Source of the DNA: Schaalia odontolytica
GTDB taxonomy: Bacteria > Actinomycetota > Actinomycetes > Actinomycetales > Actinomycetaceae
Assembly: GCF_005696695.1 (NCBI RefSeq)
Contig: NZ_CP040006.1
Coordinates: 630,001 to 662,000 of the forward strand
DNA: 32,000 nucleotides
Direction: 5' to 3'
A program made the translations under genes and the position numbers. Below the pieces are notes generated by a model. The model saw only the letters and a list, made by a program, of their open reading frames with translations, did not search any database and was not told the origin of the DNA. How positions within the stretch are numbered: the stretch's first letter is position 1; each line of letters opens with the position of its first letter. Of this stretch, positions 21,553 to 30,858 are shown piece by piece.

Positions 21553-24500
21553 ATGAGCGAAATTCAGGTCAGGTTGCGCAGCCGCAGCGCCGATTGGTGG
21601 CGTCTGCCGGAGCTGAACGCGCGCCAGCGTGCGGTTGTGGACGCGGTGCGCTTGGGTGACGTGATTGCGCGCGGCGCCCCGTCCTCAGGCCGCTCGACGT
21701 GTGCCCTGGCCGTCTTCGAGGAGGCGGCCTCCCAGGGCCGCTCCGCGCTTATTCTCGCTCCCGATCGCACGCGCGCCGACGTGCTGACCCCGCGCGCGCA
21801 GGCGCTTGGCCCGGATTCGGTGCGCCCGGTGCGTACCCCCGCCTCTTTTGCCTATCAGGTGGTGGCTACGTGGCGCACCCAGCGCGACGTGCCGTTGGAG
21901 GGGGTCGAGCTGGTGACGGGCGCGGCTCAGGACCAGATGCTCGCCGAGGCCCTGGAGTCCGTGGAGGCACCGTGGCCCGAGGACATTGGCCCGCAGATGC
22001 GCGCGATGCCGGCGTTCCGCGCGGAGTTGCGCAACCTGGTGGCCCGCGCGGGCGAGGCCGGGATGGACGCGTCCTCCCTGTCCGAGGCCGGGGCCCGGTT
22101 CGGCCGTCCGGAGTGGCAGGGCGCGGGCGCGATCATTGCTGCGCTGGAGGAGGGGCCCGAGCGTTCCCCGGAGTATCCGCGCACCCTGCGCGTGGACCTG
22201 TCGCGTATCCAGGCGCTCGCGGCCGATCTGATCGACGCGTGGGAGCAGGACGCGCCGAAGCGCGGCGTGCAGGCGCCGTGCCCGGTGCCCGACGTGGTGA
22301 TCATCGATGACCTGCAAGATTGCACGCCTTCGACGCTGAGGCTGCTGGAGGCCTGCCGCGACGCGGGTGCCCGGATCGTCGCCTTCTCGGATTCCGACGT
22401 GGCCGTGGCTGGGTATCGCGGCGGCGAGCCGCACATGGACCGCAGGCTTGCCAGTGCTCTTGGTGTCGAGATCGCTGAGCTGGGCCAGGTCTACGACATG
22501 TCCCGCGCCGTGCGGGAGCTGGCGCGCCAGGCATGCGCGCGCATCGCCCAGTCCGGATCGCCCGCCCGGCGCGAGGCCGACGTTGCGGACGATGCTCCTG
22601 AGGGCACTTTGGTGACCCACTTGGGCGCCACGCCCTCGCAGATGGGGGCCCTCATCGCGCGTGCCCTGCGGGCCCACCACCTGCATGATGGCATCGACTT
22701 TTCGGAGCAGGTTGTCATCGTGCGCAGCTCCTCGATGGTCGCCGAGACACGTCGCTACCTGGAGCGCGGCGGCGTGCCCGTCGCGGGAGGCAGTCGCGCC
22801 TTCGACTTTGCAACACAGCCGACCACGCGCCTGCTCCTGGACCTCGTGACCATGCCGACGGGCCAGAGCGACACGGACGTGGCCGTGCGCCGCGAACTCG
22901 CCGAGCGCCTCCTGCCTTCGCCCCTCGTGCGCGCCGACGCGCTCGCGGTCCACCGGCTGCTGCGCCGCCTGAACGCCGCACGCGCCCAGGCCGCGGAGCA
23001 GGCCGGAGACGAGACCGCGCCGATCCCGCTGACGGCTGCCGACCTTGTCAGTGACCCGCAGGCGTGGAGGCCTGTCATCGAGCAGGCCGAGCAGGCCGGC
23101 GGCAAACGGGCCCGCGCCGCCGCAATGCTCGCGCGCCCACTCGAGACCGCCGCGCGCCTGTGGGAGCTGGGTATGAGCGGGAGTGCGCGCCCCCAGGAGC
23201 GCTTGTGGTCCCTGTGGGAGGCGTCCGGGGTGGCCAGCGAGTGGCGCTCGCGGGCCATCGCCTCGGATGACTCGTCGGGCTGGTACGACGATCAGCTGGA
23301 CGCCGTCGTGGCGCTCCTGCGCGTGGCCGACGTGTGGGAGCAGCGCAACCCCGCCGGCTCCGCCGTGGGCTTCGCATCGGAGCTGCTGGCCGGCTCGGTC
23401 CCCATCGACACGATTTCACGCGTGGGCGTGCGCCCGGGCGGCGTCGAGGTCCTCACCCCCGCGCAGGCGATGGGTCGCCACTGGCAGGTCGTCGTCCTCG
23501 CTGGCCTGCAGGATGGGGCATGGCCGAACCTGCGCCTGCGCGACCGGATCCTGCGCGCTGACCTTCTCGCGGACGTGGGTGCGGGCCGCGTCGCCGTGGG
23601 CGAGGATGGGCGCGAGGAGCTCATCGACTCGACGAGGGCAGCTCGGCGCGCGGTGACGGACGACGAGTATCGCCTCTTCGTCGCGGCCGTGACGCGCTCG
23701 CGCAGCATCGTGCACGCCGGTGCGGTGCGCTCGGAGGACGCCGCGCCTTCGGTCTTCTTCGATCTGGTTGCGCGCCTGGCGGGCACGCATCGAGAAAATG
23801 ACATTGTGCCGGTGGATTCGGTGGAGGCACCGCTGTCCCTGTCCGGTCACATCGCGGACCTGCGGGCGCGCGCGGCGAACCCTGACGATCCGGCCGACGC
23901 TCAGCTTGCCGCCACTCTGTTGGCTCTGATGGCGCGCGAAGACGTACTCTCTGCGCAGCCGCAGCGGTGGCTGGGGGCGGGCGGTACGCCCACGACTGAC
24001 GCGGAGTACGCGGGTGAGCTCACGCTGTCTCCCTCGCAATTCGAGCGCGCGCTGGCGTGCCCGCTGCGCTGGTTCCTCACTACGATCGGAGCGGATGGCC
24101 CATCGAACGCGGCAGCCAGCCTCGGTACCCTGATTCACGCCGTGGCCGAGGAACACCCGCACGGCACGCCGGAGGAACTCACCGAGGCACTCGAGGCTCG
24201 CATCGAGGAGCTGGGCTACAACCTGGACACGTGGGCGGGGCGTGTCGCCGACCGGCACGCCCGCGACATCGTGAACAACCTGGCCTCCTACGTCGTCGGC
24301 GTACCCGGTGAGGTCACGGTGGAACAGACGGTGTCGGCCGAGGTTGAGGGCGTGACCATCCGGGGCCGGATGGACCGCCTCGAGCACGTCGACGAGGGGG
24401 TGCGCGTCACCGACCTGAAGACCGGAAAGAGCGGATATTCGGCGAAGACCGTCCCCGATAATCCGCAGCTGGCGGCGTACCAGATGGCCTTGCTTGCCTC

Positions 24501-24738
24501 GGGCGAGAGGGTCGCGGGAGCGCGCATTGCCCTGCTTGGCGACGATAAGCTGAAGTATTTCGATCAGCCGCGCCTTGAGGGGCAGGCCCTGGAGGATTGG
24601 CACGATAAGCTCCGCTCAGTCGCGGTGGATGCGAGAGGCCCCTACTTTGAGGCGCGTCCCTCGGATGCGGCCTGCGCGTACTGTTCTTTCGATCGGCTGT
24701 GCCCGGCACGCGAGCGTGGCCACAAGGTGGTGGAGTGA
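21553..24738 (+). CDS. adnA: AdnA-type helicase-nuclease subunit (UvrD-like motor with degenerate Walker A, plus a RecB-family nuclease with a 4-Cys cluster)
   Basis: Start placed at the ATG at 21553 (MSEIQVRL..), because the track ORF's first 101 codons are antisense to DUF3107. Motif I reads GAPSSGRST (Arg in place of Lys), motif II reads VVIIDDLQD, motif VI reads VAAVTRSR. Nuclease motifs are GRMDRLEH..VRVTDLKTGK and QLAAYQ. Cysteines: ALACPLRW and, at the C-terminus, CAYCSFDRLC. Confidence 0.85.
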   Translation: MSEIQVRLRSRSADWWRLPELNARQRAVVDAVRLGDVIARGAPSSGRSTCALAVFEEAASQGRSALILAPDRTRADVLTPRAQALGPDSVRPVRTPASFAYQVVATWRTQRDVPLEGVELVTGAAQDQMLAEALESVEAPWPEDIGPQMRAMPAFRAELRNLVARAGEAGMDASSLSEAGARFGRPEWQGAGAIIAALEEGPERSPEYPRTLRVDLSRIQALAADLIDAWEQDAPKRGVQAPCPVPDVVIIDDLQDCTPSTLRLLEACRDAGARIVAFSDSDVAVAGYRGGEPHMDRRLASALGVEIAELGQVYDMSRAVRELARQACARIAQSGSPARREADVADDAPEGTLVTHLGATPSQMGALIARALRAHHLHDGIDFSEQVVIVRSSSMVAETRRYLERGGVPVAGGSRAFDFATQPTTRLLLDLVTMPTGQSDTDVAVRRELAERLLPSPLVRADALAVHRLLRRLNAARAQAAEQAGDETAPIPLTAADLVSDPQAWRPVIEQAEQAGGKRARAAAMLARPLETAARLWELGMSGSARPQERLWSLWEASGVASEWRSRAIASDDSSGWYDDQLDAVVALLRVADVWEQRNPAGSAVGFASELLAGSVPIDTISRVGVRPGGVEVLTPAQAMGRHWQVVVLAGLQDGAWPNLRLRDRILRADLLADVGAGRVAVGEDGREELIDSTRAARRAVTDDEYRLFVAAVTRSRSIVHAGAVRSEDAAPSVFFDLVARLAGTHRENDIVPVDSVEAPLSLSGHIADLRARAANPDDPADAQLAATLLALMAREDVLSAQPQRWLGAGGTPTTDAEYAGELTLSPSQFERALACPLRWFLTTIGADGPSNAAASLGTLIHAVAEEHPHGTPEELTEALEARIEELGYNLDTWAGRVADRHARDIVNNLASYVVGVPGEVTVEQTVSAEVEGVTIRGRMDRLEHVDEGVRVTDLKTGKSGYSAKTVPDNPQLAAYQMALLASGERVAGARIALLGDDKLKYFDQPRLEGQALEDWHDKLRSVAVDARGPYFEARPSDAACAYCSFDRLCPARERGHKVVE

Positions 24739-24757
24739 CGTGGAAAAGGACAGAGCG

Positions 24758-27700
24758 ATGAATCTTGGTGCCCTGCAGATCCAGGCAATCGTTGACGCGA
24801 CGAAGACGCCGACGCCCGAGCAGGTGCGCGTGGTCGAGGCTCCGCGCCGCCCGCTCCTCGTCGTGGCGGGCGCCGGGTCGGGCAAGACCGAGACCATGTC
24901 GATGCGGGTCCTCTGGCTCCTGGCGAACCATCCGGACCTGACCCCGTCGTCGATCCTTGGCCTCACCTTCACGCGCAAGGCCGCCGGCGAGCTGGGGGAG
25001 CGCCTGCGTGAGCGAATCCGACTGCTCTCTCGCGAGATGCCCCAGCTGCGTGAGCGCCTCGACGAGGACCCGGTGGCGCTGACCTACAACTCCTTCGCCG
25101 AACGCATCGTGTCCGAGCACGGGATGCGTATCGGGATCGACCCGGACTTTTCGATGCTGTCCGAGGCCGGGGCGATCGACCTCATGACGCAGATCGTTGA
25201 GTCGTGGCCCACCGACCTGGATGATGAGCTCACCCCGGCTGGCGTCGTTGGAAAGGTCCTGCACCTCGCGGGCGAAATTGCGGAGCATGGCTACACGGTG
25301 GAGCGTGCGCGCGAGGTCTTGGAGGAGTTTGGGCGCGAGCTCGAGCAGGTGGGGCGCGGGAACAAGGAGTCTCGCAAGGCCATGGACGTGAATTCGCGTC
25401 GCATCGCCTTCTTGGGTCCGATCGCCGCCTACCAGCAGCGAAAACGCGAGATGGGCGTCCTGGATTTTTCCGATCAGTTGGTTCTGGCCACGCGCATCGT
25501 GCGCGAGGCACCGGCGGTTCGTGCGTCCCTGCGCGAGGAATTCCGCGCGGTCCTGCTCGACGAGTTCCAGGACACCTCGGTGATCCAGATGGACCTGCTG
25601 TCAATGCTCTTCGCAGATCATGCGGTCACCGCAGTGGGAGACCCGAATCAGGCGATTTACGGTTGGAGGGGAGCCTCGGCCTCGTCCCTTGAGTCCTTCT
25701 TGGATCGGTTCCAGACGGGTGAGACGGAGGAGAGGCAGACCCTCACCCTGTCGACTGCCTGGCGAAACGACGTGTCGATCCTGGATGCTGCGAACAGGGT
25801 GGCGGCGCCCCTGCGTGAGGTGCCCTCCTTCCAGGTGGGCAAGCAGCAGCTCAAGGCGCAGTCCCCCGTCCTGGTTCCCAGGGGTGGGGCGGGGCCCGGA
25901 GCCGTCGACATTGCTTTCACGCAGGACTACGACGAGGCGCTCGGCGCGATGGTCGATTTCGTGCAGCGGGTGCGCTCGAAGCCGGTTAAGGACGGCAAGC
26001 GGCGCAGCGTCGCCGTGTTGAGCAGGCAGCGTCGGGACTTTCCGTTGATCGACGATGCCCTGCGTGAGGCTGGCATCCCCACGGAGATTGTGGGCTTGGG
26101 CGGGCTGCTCGATCAGCCTGCCGTGCAGGATGTGCGCGCCGCCTTGGAACTGGCATACGACGTGGAGGCATCCCCGTGGCTGGCTCGTCTGCTGGCTGGT
26201 ATTGACCTGGGCGCGGCCGACCTGATGGCGCTGGGTGACTGGGCGCGTTTCCTGGCACGTCAGGAGGGCGTTAACCCTCATCAGGCGATCCTTTTGGATG
26301 CGGTGGATTCCCCTCCGAAGCCCGGGTGGGCGGCCGAGGGGCGGCCTGCGATCAGCGAGGAGGCGGTGCGCCGCGTGCGCCTGTTGGCTGAGCGCCTGCG
26401 TCAGGTCCGTGAGGGGGTGGGGCGTTCGATCACCGAGCAGGTGGAGCGGGCGATCCTCATCATGGGCACCCTGGATGATGTGATTGCGGATCCGCTGTCG
26501 ATGGGTGGGCGTGCGGCGCTCGATGAGTTCATTTCTGTGGCTGCTGCCTACGAGCAAGAGACTCCGGGTGCGTCCCTCGGGTCTTTCCTGGCGTATCTGG
26601 ACATGGCGGAGAAACGTGAGGATGGGCTGGATGCTCCGCTGGGCGAGCCGGACCCGAACGCCGTGCAGATCCTGACCGTCCACGGCTCGAAGGGCCTTGA
26701 ATGGGATGGGGTTGTGGTGTTTGGGCTGGCCGATGGCTCGTTCCCCCTGCATAAGAGCAAGAGCCGGCCGTGGACGGATGATCCTCCCGCGAACAAGGCT
26801 TGGGTGACCGACGCCGGCTCGTTGCCGCATCCGTTGCGAGGGGATCGAGCAGATCTGCCGCCTTTTGAGTTCGACGTTGAGGGGGCAAAGAATCCGTCGA
26901 CTGCCTTCAAGCAGTGGCTGGAGGGCGAGTACGGTGCTTCCCTCGGGGAGCACGCGGAGCGTGAGGAGCGTCGCCTGGCCTACGTGGCCATGACACGTGC
27001 GCGCAGCGCTCAGCTGCTGGTGGGCTCCTGGACGTCTGGGTTCAATAAGAAGGTGACGCATCCATCGCGCTATCTGATGGATGCCAGCGCCCAGCTCTTC
27101 GAGCACACGCCTGGCGCCTCGTCGGGCACGGTCGGTGCCATTGAAGACCCGCAGATGTGGTCCAACGGGCGGTGGCGTGACCACGCCGTGAAGTCCTCGG
27201 TGGGGGAGGGCAGGTGCTTGATGATGCCTGTCCCTCAGGCCGAGGAGGGCAGTGAGCAGGGCGCGGTTGCGCGGGTGTTCGAGACCTTCCCACAGGCGCC
27301 TGGCCCCTCGCGTCAGCGCGTTGCGGCTGCCGCTGCAGCAGTGCAGGCTCAGATCGACGCGATGCCTCAGGATCAGGATGTGTACGAGGCCTTGGCACAG
27401 TTGGGGGATAACCCCGCGGTGCGCGATACGGTCGCACTCATTGAGGAGTATCACCTCAGCCTGGAGACGCCGGTTGTGGACCTATGGGCCGAGCGTGTTC
27501 CCGCGACGTCCGTGTCGGCCCTCCTTCAGGATGCTGATGAGTTCGCGCGCGACATGCGGCGCCCGATGCCGACTCGTCCCAGCTCGTTCTCCGCGCTGGG
27601 CACCGCGTTTCATGCGTGGGTGGAGCGCGAGCTTCACCTCGCGAGCGCGGATCCGGCCTCGGAGATCACCGCGGGTAACGAGGTGGGTGCGGGTGAGGAT

Positions 27701-28186
27701 GCCGCGCTCGCCGGCGGTGACGACGCGGCGGACGAGGCCCTGCTGACGGACGGTGAGCGCGAGCGCCTGGAGCGGCTGCGCGCGAACTTCCGCGCCTTTG
27801 TCGCGAACGAGCTGTCGGACTACCGGGCCGTCGCGATCGAGGAGGCCTTCTCGGTGGAGGTAGGCGGCGTGTCCGTCCAGGGCCGCATCGACGCCGTGTT
27901 CGAGCGCGTGCGCGGCGATGGTCCCCGCTACCTGGTCGTCGACTGGAAGAGCGGACGCCCGGTGACCGCCACGACCAAGCCGGACAAGGTCGCGTACTTC
28001 GTGACTCAGCTGCGCCTGTACCAGCGCGCGTGGGCGACCCGCATGGGCGTGGATGCATCCGAGGTGGGCGCGATGGTCGCCTTCCTGGCGGGCCCCTCGC
28101 ACCACACGCTCGAGAGCCTCGAGGCCATGCTGGGGACGGGGGCGTCGTCCCTGGACGAGGCGCTGCGCCATGTTTTGGATTTTTAA
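24758..28186 (+). CDS. adnB: AdnB-type helicase-nuclease subunit (active UvrD/PcrA-like motor plus RecB-family nuclease)
   Basis: Start at the ATG at 24758, preceded by AAGGA 8 nt upstream; GTG 24740 is an alternative. Walker A AGAGSGKT, motif II LLDEFQDTS, motif V TVHGSKGLEWD, motif VI YVAMTRAR. Nuclease motifs are GRIDAVF..LVVDWKSGR and QLRLYQ. The nuclease domain has no cysteines. Confidence 0.9.
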   Translation: MNLGALQIQAIVDATKTPTPEQVRVVEAPRRPLLVVAGAGSGKTETMSMRVLWLLANHPDLTPSSILGLTFTRKAAGELGERLRERIRLLSREMPQLRERLDEDPVALTYNSFAERIVSEHGMRIGIDPDFSMLSEAGAIDLMTQIVESWPTDLDDELTPAGVVGKVLHLAGEIAEHGYTVERAREVLEEFGRELEQVGRGNKESRKAMDVNSRRIAFLGPIAAYQQRKREMGVLDFSDQLVLATRIVREAPAVRASLREEFRAVLLDEFQDTSVIQMDLLSMLFADHAVTAVGDPNQAIYGWRGASASSLESFLDRFQTGETEERQTLTLSTAWRNDVSILDAANRVAAPLREVPSFQVGKQQLKAQSPVLVPRGGAGPGAVDIAFTQDYDEALGAMVDFVQRVRSKPVKDGKRRSVAVLSRQRRDFPLIDDALREAGIPTEIVGLGGLLDQPAVQDVRAALELAYDVEASPWLARLLAGIDLGAADLMALGDWARFLARQEGVNPHQAILLDAVDSPPKPGWAAEGRPAISEEAVRRVRLLAERLRQVREGVGRSITEQVERAILIMGTLDDVIADPLSMGGRAALDEFISVAAAYEQETPGASLGSFLAYLDMAEKREDGLDAPLGEPDPNAVQILTVHGSKGLEWDGVVVFGLADGSFPLHKSKSRPWTDDPPANKAWVTDAGSLPHPLRGDRADLPPFEFDVEGAKNPSTAFKQWLEGEYGASLGEHAEREERRLAYVAMTRARSAQLLVGSWTSGFNKKVTHPSRYLMDASAQLFEHTPGASSGTVGAIEDPQMWSNGRWRDHAVKSSVGEGRCLMMPVPQAEEGSEQGAVARVFETFPQAPGPSRQRVAAAAAAVQAQIDAMPQDQDVYEALAQLGDNPAVRDTVALIEEYHLSLETPVVDLWAERVPATSVSALLQDADEFARDMRRPMPTRPSSFSALGTAFHAWVERELHLASADPASEITAGNEVGAGEDAALAGGDDAADEALLTDGERERLERLRANFRAFVANELSDYRAVAIEEAFSVEVGGVSVQGRIDAVFERVRGDGPRYLVVDWKSGRPVTATTKPDKVAYFVTQLRLYQRAWATRMGVDASEVGAMVAFLAGPSHHTLESLEAMLGTGASSLDEALRHVLDF

Positions 28187-28396
28187 AATCCCTGTTTATT
28201 CAAACTGGATGGGTGACAGGCTGACAAGGGTTTGACAAAAACGCTTGCAAAGCCTGTCATCCTCGCCCTCAAAAGCCTTCACAGGCTCGTCAGACTTAAT
28301 CGCCCCCTGTGGCGAATGCGCAATTCTCCCTTGTGTGCCCTGCTCAGAGGATGGTACAGTTGTCCTGTCAATTTCAATGACGAGAGACGGCACTTT

Positions 28397-28410
28397 CGGG
28401 AACGTTCCCG
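28397..28410. promoter_or_regulatory. Perfect 14-bp palindrome in the leader of the sugar-binding protein gene
   Basis: CGGGAACGTTCCCG lies 69 nt upstream of the GTG start at 28479. It is followed by a CGCGTT..AACGCG inverted repeat (28415-28436). Confidence 0.3.
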
Positions 28411-28478
28411 GAGTCGCGTTACAGAGAGGCAACGCGATCAACGGAACCCCGGTGCCCCTGACAAGGAAGGAGCGCAGC

Positions 28479-29732
28479 GTGCGCCCCACTATCTCCAAGT
28501 ACCTCGCACTCGGTGCGACCGCCTCGGCCTTCGCCCTGCTCGCAGGTGCGTGCGGCTCGGGAAGCGCCAGCTCTGGCGGTGGTGCTAGCTCGGACCAGGT
28601 CCACCAGATGTACACCTGGGTCTCCACGGACAACGACCGCGCCCAGTGGCAGTCCTTCGTCGACGCGGCCAAGGAGAAGGATCCCAACTTCACCCTGACC
28701 TTCGACGGCCCCGCCTTCAACGACTACTGGACCAAGGTCAAGACCCGTATGGTTGCCTCGGACGCGCCCTGCATCCTCACCACGCAGGCCGCCCGTGCGC
28801 AGGAGCTGTCCGGCCTGCTTGAGCCTCTCGACTCCTACATGGAAGCCGCCGGCATCAAGGCCTCCGACTACAACGCTGCGATGATGCAGGGTATGACGGT
28901 GGACGGACATGTTCTGGCTCTGCCCTACGACGCTGAGCCCGACGTCCTGTACTACAACCGTGAAATGTTCGAGAAGGCTGGCCTGCAGGCCCCCTCGACC
29001 TCCTACACGACCGAGCAGTTCCTCAAGGATGCCAAGGCCCTGACGGGTGATGGTAAGTACGGCATGGCCGTCAAGCCGCTCCTCCTGGGCAACGCCCCCG
29101 GCGACTTCGGCATCGCCTTTGGCGGCCAGGTTTCTGCGGACGGCAAGAACACCCTGACGGATCCCAAGTTTGTCGAGGGCGTCCAGTTCGCCTTTGACCT
29201 GGTCCACAAGGAGCAGGTTGCGGTTGCCCCGAACGCCGCCGACAACGATGGCCCCGCGCAGACCGCCTTCACCTCCGGCACCGCTGCGATGATCGTGGAC
29301 GGCCCGTGGATGTACGGCTCCTTCGAGAAGGAGCTGGGCGATAAGCTCGGCGTCGCCGTTATTCCGACCCCCACGGGTCAGCCCCGTGCGGTCATCCAGG
29401 GTTCCGGCTTTGGTATCGCGAAGTCCTGCCCGGACAAGCAGGCGGCCTTCGACGTGCTGAAGCAGCTCGTGACCCCCGAGGTCATCGGCACCGTTGCTGA
29501 CAAGCAGGGCACCGTCCCCTCCGTCGAGTCCGCGATGGACAAGTGGGCGGCCAACAAGCCCGAGGACAGCGCCGAGGCTGTTCGCGTCCTCCTTGAGAAT
29601 GGCACCCCGCTGGTGACGACCACGACGTGGAACCAGATCAACACGTCCTTCCAGCAGTACTCGCCTGAGGGCTTCCGCGGCACCAAGACCGCTCAGGATA
29701 TCCTCACCGATCTGCAGAACTCCGCTGGCTGA
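28479..29732 (+). CDS. Carbohydrate ABC transporter substrate-binding protein (family 1), probable lipoprotein
   Basis: GTG start at 28479, preceded by GGAAGGAG. Signal peptide VRPTISKYLALGATASAFALLAGAC followed by GSGSASSGGG. The body is typical of sugar-binding proteins (..ALPYDAEPDVLYYNREMFEKAGL.., ..MIVDGPWMYG..). Confidence 0.88.
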   Translation: MRPTISKYLALGATASAFALLAGACGSGSASSGGGASSDQVHQMYTWVSTDNDRAQWQSFVDAAKEKDPNFTLTFDGPAFNDYWTKVKTRMVASDAPCILTTQAARAQELSGLLEPLDSYMEAAGIKASDYNAAMMQGMTVDGHVLALPYDAEPDVLYYNREMFEKAGLQAPSTSYTTEQFLKDAKALTGDGKYGMAVKPLLLGNAPGDFGIAFGGQVSADGKNTLTDPKFVEGVQFAFDLVHKEQVAVAPNAADNDGPAQTAFTSGTAAMIVDGPWMYGSFEKELGDKLGVAVIPTPTGQPRAVIQGSGFGIAKSCPDKQAAFDVLKQLVTPEVIGTVADKQGTVPSVESAMDKWAANKPEDSAEAVRVLLENGTPLVTTTTWNQINTSFQQYSPEGFRGTKTAQDILTDLQNSAG

Positions 29733-29747
29733 TCCCAGCTCACCATG

Positions 29748-29800
29748 AACGAGGCCGGGGCTACCTTCTCGGTTCCCCGGCCTCGTTTCGTGGGTTTCTT
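29748..29800 (+). terminator. Intra-operon terminator/attenuator after the binding-protein gene
   Basis: AACGAGGCCGGGG (29748-29760) pairs with CCCCGGCCTCGTT (29775-29787), followed by TCGTGGGTTTCTTTCC. Confidence 0.65.
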
Positions 29801-29801
29801 T

Positions 29802-29817
29802 CCGTTAGCGCTAACGG
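29802..29817. promoter_or_regulatory. Perfect 16-bp palindrome, candidate LacI-type operator upstream of the permease genes
   Basis: CCGTTAGCGCTAACGG has a central CG and TTAGCGCTAA arms, resembling the general LacI-family operator pattern. No LacI-family gene is present in the window. Confidence 0.35.
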
Positions 29818-29874
29818 CGGCGTGAGCGGGACTGTGGAACCCACTGACATTCGACGGAAAGGTGTGCATAGCTT

Positions 29875-30858
29875 ATGAGCGTTGACACTGTGAAACCCGG
29901 TCGCGAGGCGCCCTCGGGCGCGGCGGGCGCGGGGGAGGCGAAGGCCTCCAAGCGCGGCAAAAACTCCGCGCGCGCTGAGGGTCGGCGGGGCGATGGCCTG
30001 CGCGCCCTCGTCTACCTGTCGCCCGGAATGATGGGCTTCCTTCTCTTCATCGTCCTGCCTCTGATCGCGTCCCTCGTGATCTCCTTCTACGACTGGTCGA
30101 TCTTCGGCGGCGGCCGCTTCATCGGAGTGGAAAACTACCGGCGCATGCTCAGCGGCGAGGACCCGGCGTTCTGGACGGTCATGCGCAACACCGTCGTGTT
30201 CGCCGCCTGCTACACGGCGCTGAACCTGGTGATCTCGATCGGCCTGAGCTACTGGCTCCAGCGCGTTCCCGAGTGGCTCAGCCGCGTCCTGCGCGTCATC
30301 TTCTTCATCCCGGTTGTCACGCCGATGGTCGGTAACGCGCTGATCTGGCGCCTCATGCTCTCCGACAACGGCGTGGTCAACTCGGCCCTGGCCGTCTTCG
30401 GGATCGAGCACATCCCCTTCCTGAACCACCCGGCTCTTGCGATGGGTTCGCTGCTCATGATGAGCCTGTGGCAGGGCCTGGGCTACAACATCGTCGTGCT
30501 CACGGCAGGCCTCAACGGCCTGAATACCTCGGTGCTCGAGGCCGCGACGATCGACGGCTGCAACGGCGTTCAGCGCTTCTTCAAGGTCGTATTCCCGATG
30601 ATTTCCCCGACCGTCTTCTTCTGCACGGTCATGACGATCATCGGCGCCTTCAAGGTCTTCGCTCAGCCCTACTTCCTAACGCTGGGCGGCCCGGGCGAGG
30701 CGACCAACACGATCGTGCTGGCCCTGTACCGCAACGGTTTCTCTTTCGACAAGCTCGGCTACGCGTCCGCGATGGCGTGGGTGCTTTTCGTGATTGTTAT
30801 GACGGTGACGGCCCTGCAGTTCGCTGGCCAGAAGAAGTGGGTGAATTACGATGCATAA
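29875..30858 (+). CDS. Carbohydrate ABC transporter permease (MalF/UgpA-like)
   Basis: 327 aa with 6 TM segments and the EAA loop LEAATIDGCNGVQRFFKVVFPMISP. Confidence 0.9.
   Translation: MSVDTVKPGREAPSGAAGAGEAKASKRGKNSARAEGRRGDGLRALVYLSPGMMGFLLFIVLPLIASLVISFYDWSIFGGGRFIGVENYRRMLSGEDPAFWTVMRNTVVFAACYTALNLVISIGLSYWLQRVPEWLSRVLRVIFFIPVVTPMVGNALIWRLMLSDNGVVNSALAVFGIEHIPFLNHPALAMGSLLMMSLWQGLGYNIVVLTAGLNGLNTSVLEAATIDGCNGVQRFFKVVFPMISPTVFFCTVMTIIGAFKVFAQPYFLTLGGPGEATNTIVLALYRNGFSFDKLGYASAMAWVLFVIVMTVTALQFAGQKKWVNYDA

Noticed and set aside
335-29207. Many long ORFs in the track lie antisense to, or frame-shifted on, the genes called above. Examples are 335-1504 +, 1506-2747 -, 2639-3946 +, 5313-6539 +, 6772-7482 -, 13706-14803 -, 19388-20365 +, 21685-22953 -, 23416-24603 -, 25601-27454 - and 28419-29207 -.
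   Set aside because: Their translations are Arg/Gly/Ala/Pro/His-rich low-complexity strings with no recognisable motifs. Each fully overlaps a gene with clear family motifs on the other strand. Long stop-free antisense frames are expected in DNA this GC-rich.
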